Assembly: GCA_022710715.1 (NCBI GenBank)
Contig: JAKLGJ010000002.1
Span: forward strand, 17,590 to 81,589
DNA from: Candidatus Omnitrophota bacterium
GTDB taxonomy: Bacteria > Omnitrophota > Gorgyraeia > Gygaellales > Profunditerraquicolaceae
DNA: 64,000 nucleotides
Reading direction: 5' to 3'
Shown here: positions 38,703 to 47,068 of the stretch, piece after piece
Position numbering within the stretch: the first letter of the stretch is position 1
How the letters are laid out: each line of letters opens with the position of its first letter
Made by a program: the position numbers and the translations under genes
Notes under the pieces: model-generated
Told to the model about the DNA's origin: nothing
Seen by the model: only the letters and a program-made list of their open reading frames with translations
The model's database searches: none

Positions 38703-39643
38703 TTTTTCTTCTCCAGGATCTCCAGCCGTTCCATAGCCAGGGAAGCCCAGGGAGTATCGGGATAATTGTCGATGACTCCTTCGTAATACACCCGGGCGGC
38801 GTCGAACGCTTTTTGTTTCTCATAGAACCGGCCGGTATTGAACTGGCTTTCGGCTTCCTTCAGGGCCAGCTCTTTGATCTGCTTCTGGGCGTCTTCGGAC
38901 AGGACTGCGTCGGGATGATCCTCAACGAATTTTTCGAACTTCCGTTTGGCTTCGGCGGTAGCCACCTGGTCATAATCCGAACTGCGGGCAACCGCCGCAC
39001 GGCAGGCGGCCAGCTGGAATTTCGACGGCTCCACCCACTCGCTATCCGGGTAATTCTTGATCACCCGTTCGAATTCCTCTTCAGCTTCAAAGAACTGTGA
39101 CTGATTTTTGAAAACCAGTCCCCGCTTATAACGCGCCTTGGCCGCCAGCGGTCCATACGGCGCGTTCTCGGCGACCTTCTCGAATACGGACAGCGCCGGA
39201 TGCTCGATCGGCATGTCCACACCGAACGCCTTATGCTTGGCGCCGGCCATGAACAATTCCCCGATATGGTATTGCTTGGAAATAATCTCGGGTACGCGTT
39301 GAGAGAACGGATATTTGTCGATGACTTTCTGGAAAGCCAGAAACGCCGCATAGAGGTTATTCTGGGCCTCATCGATCAAGCCCAGATAATACTGGGCCTC
39401 GGCGGCTTCCGCGGCTTTAGGATAATTTTTTATCAGCTTCTTGAATTCGCGCCGCGAGTCTTCATAACTCTTGTTTTCAAAAAGACTTTTAGCAAAACCG
39501 AACTGATCGGCAGGCGTATTCTTAACCGCGGTCTTGGGATTGGTCCATTTGCCGCTCTTGGGAGTCCAGATCCAGTAAGCCTGGCTGGTGCCGGCACAGA
39601 CAAAGAAAAAGGCCAAAAGAAAGGAAAGAATGCGTGTATGCAT
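38699..39643 (-). CDS. bamD: Outer membrane protein assembly factor BamD (TPR lipoprotein).
   Basis: 314 aa. Signal peptide with lipobox FFFVCAG, then multiple TPR-like repeats (AEAQYYLGL, YKRGLVF, the YYEGV...YP terminus) typical of BamD/YfiO. Confidence 0.75.
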   Translation of the reverse strand: MHTRILSFLLAFFFVCAGTSQAYWIWTPKSGKWTNPKTAVKNTPADQFGFAKSLFENKSYEDSRREFKKLIKNYPKAAEAAEAQYYLGLIDEAQNNLYAAFLAFQKVIDKYPFSQRVPEIISKQYHIGELFMAGAKHKAFGVDMPIEHPALSVFEKVAENAPYGPLAAKARYKRGLVFKNQSQFFEAEEEFERVIKNYPDSEWVEPSKFQLAACRAAVARSSDYDQVATAEAKRKFEKFVEDHPDAVLSEDAQKQIKELALKEAESQFNTGRFYEKQKAFDAARVYYEGVIDNYPDTPWASLAMERLEILEKKK

Positions 39644-39698
39644 AGTGAATTAACTTTAACACAGCCCTTCCCCTTTGTCAACACGAAAACGCCCGGTT

Positions 39699-41129
39699 TC
39701 ACTGCAGGTAGAAACACCCCCGGGGGATGCGTAACAACAGGGCATTGATCTTGAGCAAACACACACAGATGCATTCACTTACAGAGCCGAAACAGGGTGC
39801 AAGATAAGGACATGCGATCTCTGCCGCCAGGAGACCGAACCCGCACACCGTAATCAAACCGGCCAGGCTGGGAATGAGAATATTCGCCAGAACAGCTACC
39901 GGGGAGATCATCCGGAAATAGTACGCAATAAAACCGGCGGTACCCAGCCAGGCAGACAACGAAATCAGGCTGTTCTCCAGCAAAAACCGGCACGGCAGCA
40001 AGCGAACCTTATCCGCTTTAAAAAGAATCTTCATCCGGGGGTGCAGACAGATGATCGCCAGTACGCTGGAAAAAGAAAGTTGAAAGCTGGGGTTAAAGAG
40101 TTCCCGGGGATTCATCGTCAGAATGCTCAAAGCAGCCATAGCGCAACTGTTCAGGATATCCGGTTCACGTTGAACCAGCAAGGCAAAAAGAAAAAAAACG
40201 GCCATAATCGTAGCCCGGACCACCGGAGGCGACGCTCCCGTGATCAGACAATAGAGAACCAGCAGTGGCGCAACACACCCGAACCGCAGAGATCGCGGTA
40301 TGCGCATCAATCGCAGGACCAGGACCAGAATGAACGCCACGATGCCGACATTAAAACCGCTCACCACCAGGATATGCACCGTGCCGGTCTTGATCATCTG
40401 CCGGTAAAGCGACGCCGGAACCGCCCGTTTTTCTCCCAGGATCATCGCCTGGAGCATGCCGGCAGCTATCGGCGAAACCCGGACTTCCAGCAATGCGCTC
40501 ATCCGCCGTTTGAGACGCAGCGCCAAGAGAACGATCCGGCGGCCATGGAAACCGGCGAGACGCTTGACCCGACCGCCGCAACGCACGTAGAGTACCCGGT
40601 AAAGCCCCTCCCTTCTCACGTATTCCCGAAAACCCGCTTGTTGCCGTGGCCCGGCCGCGAATACCGGCCTTCCCAGCCGCCCGCACACCTGTACCAGATC
40701 GCCGTACCCGACCCGCGTTTCTCCGGTGAGATACACCTGAACGCTCCCGCTGCACTTGCGGATCAGATGCGCGGTACGTATCTCCTGCACCCGCAGCATC
40801 AGCACCGTTCGGCTGCCGCGCATTTGAGGTTCCCGCACGATAACCCCCTGGATCACGCACATCGCGCTATGAAGATAACAGCGGGCTTTGGCGATATGGT
40901 CTGCGGGCAGGATATCGTGCACCGACAACAGCACCGCGCCGGAGAGCGCCACTGCCGCCAGAGAGCAGCCGGCAAATGCGCGCCGCCTGCTCATCGCTGC
41001 CCGGCAACCCGCTATGCTGGCGATGAACAAACCATAGGTAACCCATAACGGTATCCTCAACCAGGCCTGCGCGGCGATCCCCGCGCAGAAACAAACCGCG
41101 AGCACAACCAGGGCGTGTTTCATGATCAA
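39699..41129 (-). CDS. comEC: ComEC/Rec2 competence membrane channel protein with no metallo-beta-lactamase domain.
   Basis: 476 aa with DUF4131-like N-terminal TMs, an OB region and the competence domain (HILVVSGFNVGIV, ITGASPPVVRA). It stops before any beta-lactamase domain. Confidence 0.7.
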   Translation of the reverse strand: MIMKHALVVLAVCFCAGIAAQAWLRIPLWVTYGLFIASIAGCRAAMSRRRAFAGCSLAAVALSGAVLLSVHDILPADHIAKARCYLHSAMCVIQGVIVREPQMRGSRTVLMLRVQEIRTAHLIRKCSGSVQVYLTGETRVGYGDLVQVCGRLGRPVFAAGPRQQAGFREYVRREGLYRVLYVRCGGRVKRLAGFHGRRIVLLALRLKRRMSALLEVRVSPIAAGMLQAMILGEKRAVPASLYRQMIKTGTVHILVVSGFNVGIVAFILVLVLRLMRIPRSLRFGCVAPLLVLYCLITGASPPVVRATIMAVFFLFALLVQREPDILNSCAMAALSILTMNPRELFNPSFQLSFSSVLAIICLHPRMKILFKADKVRLLPCRFLLENSLISLSAWLGTAGFIAYYFRMISPVAVLANILIPSLAGLITVCGFGLLAAEIACPYLAPCFGSVSECICVCLLKINALLLRIPRGCFYLQ

Positions 41130-41455
41130 CGCGCAACGACCGATGTTTTAACCTTCTCGAGCCGGCGGCCGGACAGCCCTTTGACATTCCCGAGTTCGCC
41201 GGGATCGGCAAACCTGCCATGCGCGCAGCGGTAGTCGATAATCCGCCGGGCGAGCTTTTCCCCGATGCCGGAAATTTCCATAAGCATCGCCTGGTCTGCG
41301 GAATTAATGTCGATCTTGCCGAAGTCGGGATCGACGAACAACGCGCTGCGTACGGGCGCGCAGTGTTTAACCAGGACCTGAACGCCGGCGCCCAGCGCCG
41401 TGACCGCCAGCAGGAAAACAATGACCTGCCGCTCTTGAAGCGTTAAGTTGAACAT
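41126..41455 (-). CDS. comEA: ComEA-like helix-hairpin-helix DNA-binding protein.
   Basis: 109 aa with a TM anchor and INSADQAMLMEISGIGEKLARRIIDYR, the (HhH)2 motif. It overlaps the comEC start by 4 nt. Confidence 0.75.
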   Translation of the reverse strand: MFNLTLQERQVIVFLLAVTALGAGVQVLVKHCAPVRSALFVDPDFGKIDINSADQAMLMEISGIGEKLARRIIDYRCAHGRFADPGELGNVKGLSGRRLEKVKTSVVAR

Positions 41456-41505
41456 ACGTGCCTCCCGCGTATTTTCATACTAATAGACGCGGGCGGCGGG
41501 GAAAT

Positions 41506-42114
41506 CTAACGGGATTTTTTATCCGGGGGGAAGAGCGCGGATACCCGCGCGCGGGTATCGGCGAGCCAGGCGGCTCGCTGGCGCAGGGTGCTGGTGACGA
41601 TAATGCGGTACATGGTGCGCCGGACGGAGCGCACCCCGCAATAACGCAGGGTATTGGTCCAGAGACGCTGCAGCGGATCGCCCAGGACTCTTCTTTCTCT
41701 TGCCGCGGCGGTATCGGACGTATTGAGCACCAGCGCGGTCTTGATCTTCAAAAGTTTGATGGGCAGCCCGGCCGCGCCTTCCGGACCGTCGGGAAAATCG
41801 TAGGCCACGCCTGCGCGCAGCACGCGATCAACCCAGCCCTTGAGTATCGCCGGGGGTTCTCCCCACCAGTTCGGATGCACCAGCACCAGACCATCGGCCC
41901 GGACAATTTCGGCGCAATGCTTCCCGATCAAAGCGGGCAGGCGGCTTCCTTTGGGGATCTCCCGGGCCGGAAGCACCGGATCGAATCGTTCGCGGTACAG
42001 ATCGTGGAAACAAACCCGGTGCCCGTTGCGCTTGAGCGCGGAGACCGCTGCGGCGGCGATGGCGGCGTTGAAACTTTCCGCTGAAGGATGAGCCAGGATA
42101 ACCGAAATTCTCAT
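41506..42114 (-). CDS. NAD(P)H-dependent oxidoreductase, flavodoxin-like fold (quinone reductase/KefF-like).
   Basis: 202 aa: MRISVILAHPSAESFNAAIA...LVLVHPNWWGEPPAILKGWVDRV, the Flavodoxin_2 family pattern. Confidence 0.65.
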   Translation of the reverse strand: MRISVILAHPSAESFNAAIAAAAVSALKRNGHRVCFHDLYRERFDPVLPAREIPKGSRLPALIGKHCAEIVRADGLVLVHPNWWGEPPAILKGWVDRVLRAGVAYDFPDGPEGAAGLPIKLLKIKTALVLNTSDTAAARERRVLGDPLQRLWTNTLRYCGVRSVRRTMYRIIVTSTLRQRAAWLADTRARVSALFPPDKKSR

Positions 42115-42142
42115 AGCGCGCTCTTACCCGGCGTGGTCAGGG

Positions 42143-45001
42143 TTACACGACGATATTGATCAGTTTGTTGGGGACGACGATGAATTTACGCATGGGCTTG
42201 CCTTGAAGATATTCCTGCGACCTGGCATCCGCGATAATCAGTTCTTTGAGTTTCTCTGCCGGCGTATCGGTGGGCACGACAATGCGGGAACGCACCTTGC
42301 CGTTGACCTGGATCACCATTTCCACGCTCTCTTCCACCAGCAGCGCCGGGTCGCACACCGGCCACTGCGCTTTGAAGATGCTCTCCTTATGGCCCAGCGT
42401 TTCCCAGAGCTCTTCGCAGAAGTGCGGGACCATCGGCGCGAGCATAATCAGCAGCGCTTCATAGATCGGCTTATCCGCGCCGTTCTTATAGATTTCGTTC
42501 ACCAGCTCCATCATGCCCGCGATGGCGGTATTGAACTTGAAATTCTCCACGTCATCGGTGATCTTCTGGATCGCTTTGTGCAAAGCGCGCGTTACCCCGG
42601 GCGCAACCTGATCCTTAATATCCGCCTGGATGCGCCAGACCCGGTTCAGGAACCTGAACGATCCTTCCAGTCCCCGATCATCCCATTCCAGTTCGGTTTC
42701 CGGCGGCGCGGCAAAGAGCATAAATAAACGCAACGCGTCAGCGCCGTATTTCTGGATCATCGAATCCGGATCAACGATATTGCCCCGCGATTTAGACATC
42801 ACCTCGCCGTCCTTGAGCACCATCCCCTGGGTGAGCAGGTTAGTGAACGGCTCGTCGAATTCCAGCATGACCAGGTCTTTGAAAAACTTGGTGAAAAAAC
42901 GGGAATAGAGCAAGTGCAGGATGGCGTGTTCGATGCCGCCGATATACTGATCGACCGGCATCCAGTATTTGACTTCCCGGGGATCGAACGGCAGCTGCGC
43001 ATTCTGCGGAGAGCAATAGCGCAGGAAATACCAGGATGAATCGAAGAACGTGGCCATGGTATCGGTTTCCCTGCGGGCGTCCGCTTTACACTTCGGGCAT
43101 TTCACTTCCACGAATTCCCGGACTTTCCCCAGGGGACTTCCACCTTCGCCGGTAAACGGCGCATCGGAAGGAAGCTTCACCGGTAATTCTTCATAGGGCA
43201 CCGGCACGATGCCGCATTTCTCGCAGTAGATTATCGGGATGGGCGTGCCCCAGTAACGCTGCCGGGAGATGAGCCAGTCGCGCAAACGCCAATGCGTCTG
43301 GATTTTACCGGTCTTATGCTGCTTCATCCATTCGGCGATCTTATGCTTGGCATCCTGATTGTGCAAACCGTTGAAATGACCGGAATTGACCTGGAGGCCG
43401 TCGCCTTCATACGCCTCGGTCATGGTCTCGGGCGACAACGCCGGCTTGTTCTCGGGCTGGATGACCACCCGCAAGGACAGACCGTGTTCTTTGGCGAACA
43501 GAAAATCCCGCTGATCATGCGTGGGCACGGCCATGATCGCGCCGGAGCCGTATTCCATGAGCACATAATCCGCGATCCAGATCGGGATCTCTTCATGATT
43601 GACCGGATTGATCGCCAGGGCGCCGGTAAACACGCCTTCTTTCTTGACCTCCGCGGAAGCCCGGACGGTCTTGCTCTCTTTCTTGACTTTATCGATAAAT
43701 GCGCGCGCCGCCTGTTCTGCGGGACGCCCCTTGATCAGTTGTTCGACCATCGGATGCTCGGGAGCAAGCACGATATAAGTGGCGCCGAAGATCGTATCGG
43801 GCCGGGTGGTGAACACCGGGATGAGCTGATTATCGTCTTTGGTGTGGAAATAAATCTCGACGCCCTGGCTCTTTCCGATCCAGTTGGTCTGCATCGCCTT
43901 GACCCGCTCCGGCCATTCGCTTAACTCGTCAAGATCTTCCAGCAACCTGCCTTTATATTCGGTGATCTTGAGATACCACTGCTCCAGTTCCTTTTGCTCG
44001 ACCGGGGTATGACAGCGCCAGCAGCCGCCGTCGACAACCTCTTCGTTGGCCAGGGTAGTGGCGCAGCTGGCGCACCAGTTCACGCTCGAAGCCTTCTTGT
44101 AAGCCAGGCCGCGCTCGAACATCTTCAGGAATATCCACTGGTTCCATTTATAATACCCGGCGTCGCAGGTGGAGACTTCCCGGTCCCAGTCATAGGAAAG
44201 CCCCATGCGCTTGAGCTCGCGCTCCATCTCGCCGATACATTTATAGGTCCAGCTGTCCGGCTTGGTCTTGTTCTTGATCGCGGCGTTCTCCGCCGGCTGG
44301 CCGAAAGCGTCGAACCCCATGGGATGCAATACGGAAAAACCCTGTATCCATTTGTAGCGGCTGTAAACGTCGCCGATGGTATAGTTGCGCACGTGGCCCA
44401 TATGGATCTTTCCCGACGGATAGGGAAACATCTCCAGGCAGTAAAATTTCTTTTTCGCCGAGATCTCCGCCTTGAAGGCTCTATGTTCCTGCCAGTACCG
44501 CTGCCATTTCTCTTCGATCTCCTTGAAAGCATATTCTTTGATCTGTACCGGCGGCGTCAGCGGCTTCAATGCCGGCGCCTCGGCGACCGGCGGCAGGGGC
44601 GCGTGACTATCGGCGGACGGCATGCGCAGGGGCATCAACGAGATCATGGTCTGTATCCCGCGCAACACGTCTTCCATCTTGCAGGGTTTGGTCAAGTAGT
44701 GGTCGGCTTCCAGGGAATAGGCGTGTTTGAAAACAGCCAGGTCGGTCTGGGCGCTGATAATGATCACCGGCCTCCAGCGGTCGGTGAACTTCGAGCGGAT
44801 CTCGCGCAGCACTTCGAACCCGTTCATCCTGGGCATGGTCAGATCGAGCAGGATGATATCGGGGTCCGCTTCCTTGACTTTGCGCAGGGCTTCTTCGCCG
44901 TTCGAAGCAACGGTCACGGTAAAGCCTTCGCGGGTCAAACGTGAACGCATCGAATCCACGATATCCCATTCGTCGTCGACTACCAGCAGCTTATACGCCA
45001 T
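42143..45001 (-). CDS. leuS: Leucyl-tRNA synthetase carrying an in-frame N-terminal response-regulator receiver domain (REC-LeuS fusion).
   Basis: The 952-codon frame has no internal stop. Residues 1-120 form a complete CheY-like REC (VVDDE, ILLDLTMP phospho-Asp, IIISAQT, YLTKP). A 30-residue Pro/Ala linker follows. Then comes a canonical class I LeuS: YAFKEIEEKWQRYW, the HMGH motif (FPYPSGKIHMGHVRNY), the CP1 editing region (TTRPDTIFGATYIVLAPEHP) and the KMSKS motif VMSKSRGN. The RBS AGGGGAAAGGG precedes the ATG at 45001; there is no SD before the internal Met codons. Confidence 0.85.
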   Translation of the reverse strand: MAYKLLVVDDEWDIVDSMRSRLTREGFTVTVASNGEEALRKVKEADPDIILLDLTMPRMNGFEVLREIRSKFTDRWRPVIIISAQTDLAVFKHAYSLEADHYLTKPCKMEDVLRGIQTMISLMPLRMPSADSHAPLPPVAEAPALKPLTPPVQIKEYAFKEIEEKWQRYWQEHRAFKAEISAKKKFYCLEMFPYPSGKIHMGHVRNYTIGDVYSRYKWIQGFSVLHPMGFDAFGQPAENAAIKNKTKPDSWTYKCIGEMERELKRMGLSYDWDREVSTCDAGYYKWNQWIFLKMFERGLAYKKASSVNWCASCATTLANEEVVDGGCWRCHTPVEQKELEQWYLKITEYKGRLLEDLDELSEWPERVKAMQTNWIGKSQGVEIYFHTKDDNQLIPVFTTRPDTIFGATYIVLAPEHPMVEQLIKGRPAEQAARAFIDKVKKESKTVRASAEVKKEGVFTGALAINPVNHEEIPIWIADYVLMEYGSGAIMAVPTHDQRDFLFAKEHGLSLRVVIQPENKPALSPETMTEAYEGDGLQVNSGHFNGLHNQDAKHKIAEWMKQHKTGKIQTHWRLRDWLISRQRYWGTPIPIIYCEKCGIVPVPYEELPVKLPSDAPFTGEGGSPLGKVREFVEVKCPKCKADARRETDTMATFFDSSWYFLRYCSPQNAQLPFDPREVKYWMPVDQYIGGIEHAILHLLYSRFFTKFFKDLVMLEFDEPFTNLLTQGMVLKDGEVMSKSRGNIVDPDSMIQKYGADALRLFMLFAAPPETELEWDDRGLEGSFRFLNRVWRIQADIKDQVAPGVTRALHKAIQKITDDVENFKFNTAIAGMMELVNEIYKNGADKPIYEALLIMLAPMVPHFCEELWETLGHKESIFKAQWPVCDPALLVEESVEMVIQVNGKVRSRIVVPTDTPAEKLKELIIADARSQEYLQGKPMRKFIVVPNKLINIVV

Positions 45002-45872
45002 AACGCCCTTTCCCCTGTTGCAACTTTCGTACGCGGGCCAGATTCATCCGGTCGCTGCGCGCGGTATCTTTGGGAGTCTCGAGAATGAACGCCGCGCCGG
45101 CGCAACGACTGTCGTTCACCAGCCTGCCCAGCCCCTGAAGACCAATCATACCTTTGCCGAGATGTTCGTGCCGGTCGCGATGGCTGGCGCACGCGTCTTT
45201 ACTGTCGTTCAAATGGATCAGCTTGAGCTTTTCCCAGCCTACCTGCTTGCCGAAAACGCGCATGGTTTGTTCATACCCGGCAGGGGTAACCAGATCATAC
45301 CCGGCTGCGTGCGCGTGGCAGGTATCCAGGCACACGCCCAGACGCGCCGGCTGTTCGGTTCGCCTGAACACATAGGCCAGATGCTCGAAGCGGTAGCCCA
45401 GCCAGGAACCTGCTCCGGCAGTATTCTCCAGCAGCAAACTTACCGGCAGCGCTTTAGTCTTATCCAGGATGCGGTTGACCGCCTGGGTCAGCCGATGCAG
45501 CCCTTTGCCTTCGCCGCTGTCTTTATGACTGCCCGCGTGCGCCACGACATACTCCGCGCCCAGAGCCGCCGCTTCCTGCATATCCTGGACAGCGGCGCGG
45601 ATAGAACCTTTATATAAAATGTTATACGGCGAAGCCAGATTAACCAGATAGGGGATATGGATGAAAACTTTTGCCATCCCGCTCTGCCGGCGCCGCAGCC
45701 TGAATTCCTCTATGTCTTCGGGTTTAAGCCGCGTTTTGCGCCATTGCCGGGGATCGCGCGGGAAGATCTGCATCGCGGTGCACCCCAGAGCAGCTGCCCG
45801 GTCGATGGCCTCATAGATATGGCCGGCAATGGAAACATGCACGCCCAGAAGCATACGGTCTAATTGTATCAT
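44991..45872 (-). CDS. nfo: Endonuclease IV (AP endonuclease, Nfo).
   Basis: 293 aa TIM-barrel AP endonuclease 2 family (LLGVHVSIAG...AMQIF, LENTAGAG, HLNDSKD). The stop overlaps the REC-leuS start by 11 nt. Confidence 0.8.
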   Translation of the reverse strand: MIQLDRMLLGVHVSIAGHIYEAIDRAAALGCTAMQIFPRDPRQWRKTRLKPEDIEEFRLRRRQSGMAKVFIHIPYLVNLASPYNILYKGSIRAAVQDMQEAAALGAEYVVAHAGSHKDSGEGKGLHRLTQAVNRILDKTKALPVSLLLENTAGAGSWLGYRFEHLAYVFRRTEQPARLGVCLDTCHAHAAGYDLVTPAGYEQTMRVFGKQVGWEKLKLIHLNDSKDACASHRDRHEHLGKGMIGLQGLGRLVNDSRCAGAAFILETPKDTARSDRMNLARVRKLQQGKGRYGV

Positions 45873-45938
45873 AAGTGCCCGGAGAGGTCAATTTAGCAAA
45901 AAGGGCGGCTTGTCAGCCGCCCGTGCGCCGGAAAATAA

Positions 45939-46011
45939 GTGGAGCTGAGGAGGATTGAACTCCTGACCCCTTGCATGCCATGCAAGTGCTCTCCCAGCTG
46001 AGCTACAGCCC
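45939..46011 (-). tRNA. tRNA-Ala (anticodon GGC).
   Basis: Hand-folded 73 nt: acceptor GGGGCTG/CAGCTCC with the G3:U70 alanine identity pair, D arm GCTCAGCTGGGAGAGC, anticodon loop ATGGCAT (GGC), T arm AGGAGTTCAATCCTCCT, discriminator A. CCA is not encoded. Confidence 0.85.
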
Positions 46012-46091
46012 CTCAAAGATTTTATGACTATGTATAGAGAAAATCTTTCATCCTCGGCCTAGAGATGGCCGAGGAGAATACATCTTGCCAC

Positions 46092-46499
46092 TTACTGCTT
46101 CAAATATTTGCTCAATAACGCCCAGGTTTTGCTGCCGACATTGCCGTCGGGATTGAGCCCGTTGGCTTCCTGGAATTTCCGGACCGCCTCTTTGGTCTGC
46201 GAGCCGATCTTTCCGTCGATAACCCCTTTGAAGAAACCCGCATTCTTCAACGCGGTCTGGATCTCTCCGGCGTTAGGCATGCGCACCGCGCCGCGGTTGT
46301 ATTCTTCCAGCTTCTTGCGCAAAACGTAATTTTCATCCCGCTGGCGGTTCAAATCCGTCTCCAGGGAGGTGATCTTCGCCTGCAGTTCCTTGACATAATC
46401 GCTCGACGCCCCCGCAGTGCCGGGACCGGATTGCGTGGTCGCGCAGCCGGTAATAACCAGGGAGCACGCTATAAAAACCGCTGCAATCGCTCGTTTCAT
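46092..46499 (-). CDS. Lipoprotein with a peptidoglycan-binding (PG_binding_1) domain.
   Basis: 135 aa with lipobox LVITGC, a coiled-coil segment, and a C-terminal GVIDGKIGSQTKEAVRKFQEANGLNPDGNVGSKTW PG-binding repeat. Confidence 0.6.
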   Translation of the reverse strand: MKRAIAAVFIACSLVITGCATTQSGPGTAGASSDYVKELQAKITSLETDLNRQRDENYVLRKKLEEYNRGAVRMPNAGEIQTALKNAGFFKGVIDGKIGSQTKEAVRKFQEANGLNPDGNVGSKTWALLSKYLKQ

Positions 46500-46596
46500 G
46501 GGTCTACCTCCTCTAAAGTTTGTATATTATACCCCAAATTTCTGGAATTGACAAACAAGTTTTTCGATAGTAAGATAGACACTGTCTTTATCCTGC

Positions 46597-46679
46597 GCCG
46601 AGGTGGCGAAATGGCATACGCGGCAGCCTCAAAAGCTGTTGAGGGCGACCTCATGAGGGTTCAACTCCCTCTCTCGGCA
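46597..46679 (+). tRNA. tRNA-Leu (anticodon CAA), class II with a long variable arm.
   Basis: Hand-folded 83 nt GCCGAGGTGGCGAAATGGCATACGCGGCAGCCTCAAAAGCTGTTGAGGGCGACCTCATGAGGGTTCAACTCCCTCTCTCGGCA. Anticodon loop CTCAAAA, 15-nt variable arm, T arm GAGGGTTCAACTCCCTC. The architecture parallels E. coli tRNA-Leu. Confidence 0.8.
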
Positions 46680-46685
46680 TAAATC

Positions 46686-46730
46686 AAAGGGACGGTGTTC
46701 GTACGAGCGCCGTCCCTTTCTGCTTATTTC
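46686..46730. terminator. Bidirectional rho-independent terminator shared by tRNA-Leu (+) and the cupin gene (-).
   Basis: Stem AAAGGGACGG-(14 nt loop)-CCGTCCCTTT at 46686-46719, followed by TCTGCTTATTTC on the plus strand and flanked by AAATCAAAGG. It sits between the tRNA 3' end at 46679 and the cupin stop at 46724. Confidence 0.5.
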
Positions 46731-47068
46731 TGGTCGGGTAACGGCTGGCCGGGAACGACCACGTAGACATAGCGCAGCGGCACCGTGCCGCTGTTTCTGA
46801 TATCGTGCGCGGTTTCGGGCGGGATATAGACCAGCTCTTCCGGGCCGGAGGTAAACACGGGCTTGCCGGCGACAAAGACTTCGGCCCGGCCTTCAAGGAT
46901 AATGATCGCTTCCTCGCGGGCCCGGGTGACATGCTCGCCCACGGACTCCCCGGGCTGCAGGATCACTGCCCCGGATTTCATCCCGCAGGTCTCCGGAGCG
47001 CCGGCAAGCAGGCGCTGGAATCTTGCGGTCCCTTCTATCTTTACGCGCTGCGGCGTCTGGTTTTTCAT
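46724..47068 (-). CDS. Cupin domain protein.
   Basis: 114 aa small beta-barrel with the conserved cupin His/Glu motifs (GESVGEHVT...ETAHDIRNSG). Confidence 0.6.
   Translation of the reverse strand: MKNQTPQRVKIEGTARFQRLLAGAPETCGMKSGAVILQPGESVGEHVTRAREEAIIILEGRAEVFVAGKPVFTSGPEELVYIPPETAHDIRNSGTVPLRYVYVVVPGQPLPDQK

Noticed and set aside
44540-44640. Possibility that leuS starts at the internal Met codons (MISLMPLRM), making REC a separate gene.
   Set aside because: There is no stop codon between the REC and LeuS segments and no Shine-Dalgarno before any internal ATG. The frame is continuous, so the fusion call is retained and flagged for verification.
46431-46682. 83-aa plus-strand ORF.
   Set aside because: It overlaps the hand-folded tRNA-Leu(CAA) and its promoter. 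It has no RBS and is better explained as a tRNA gene.
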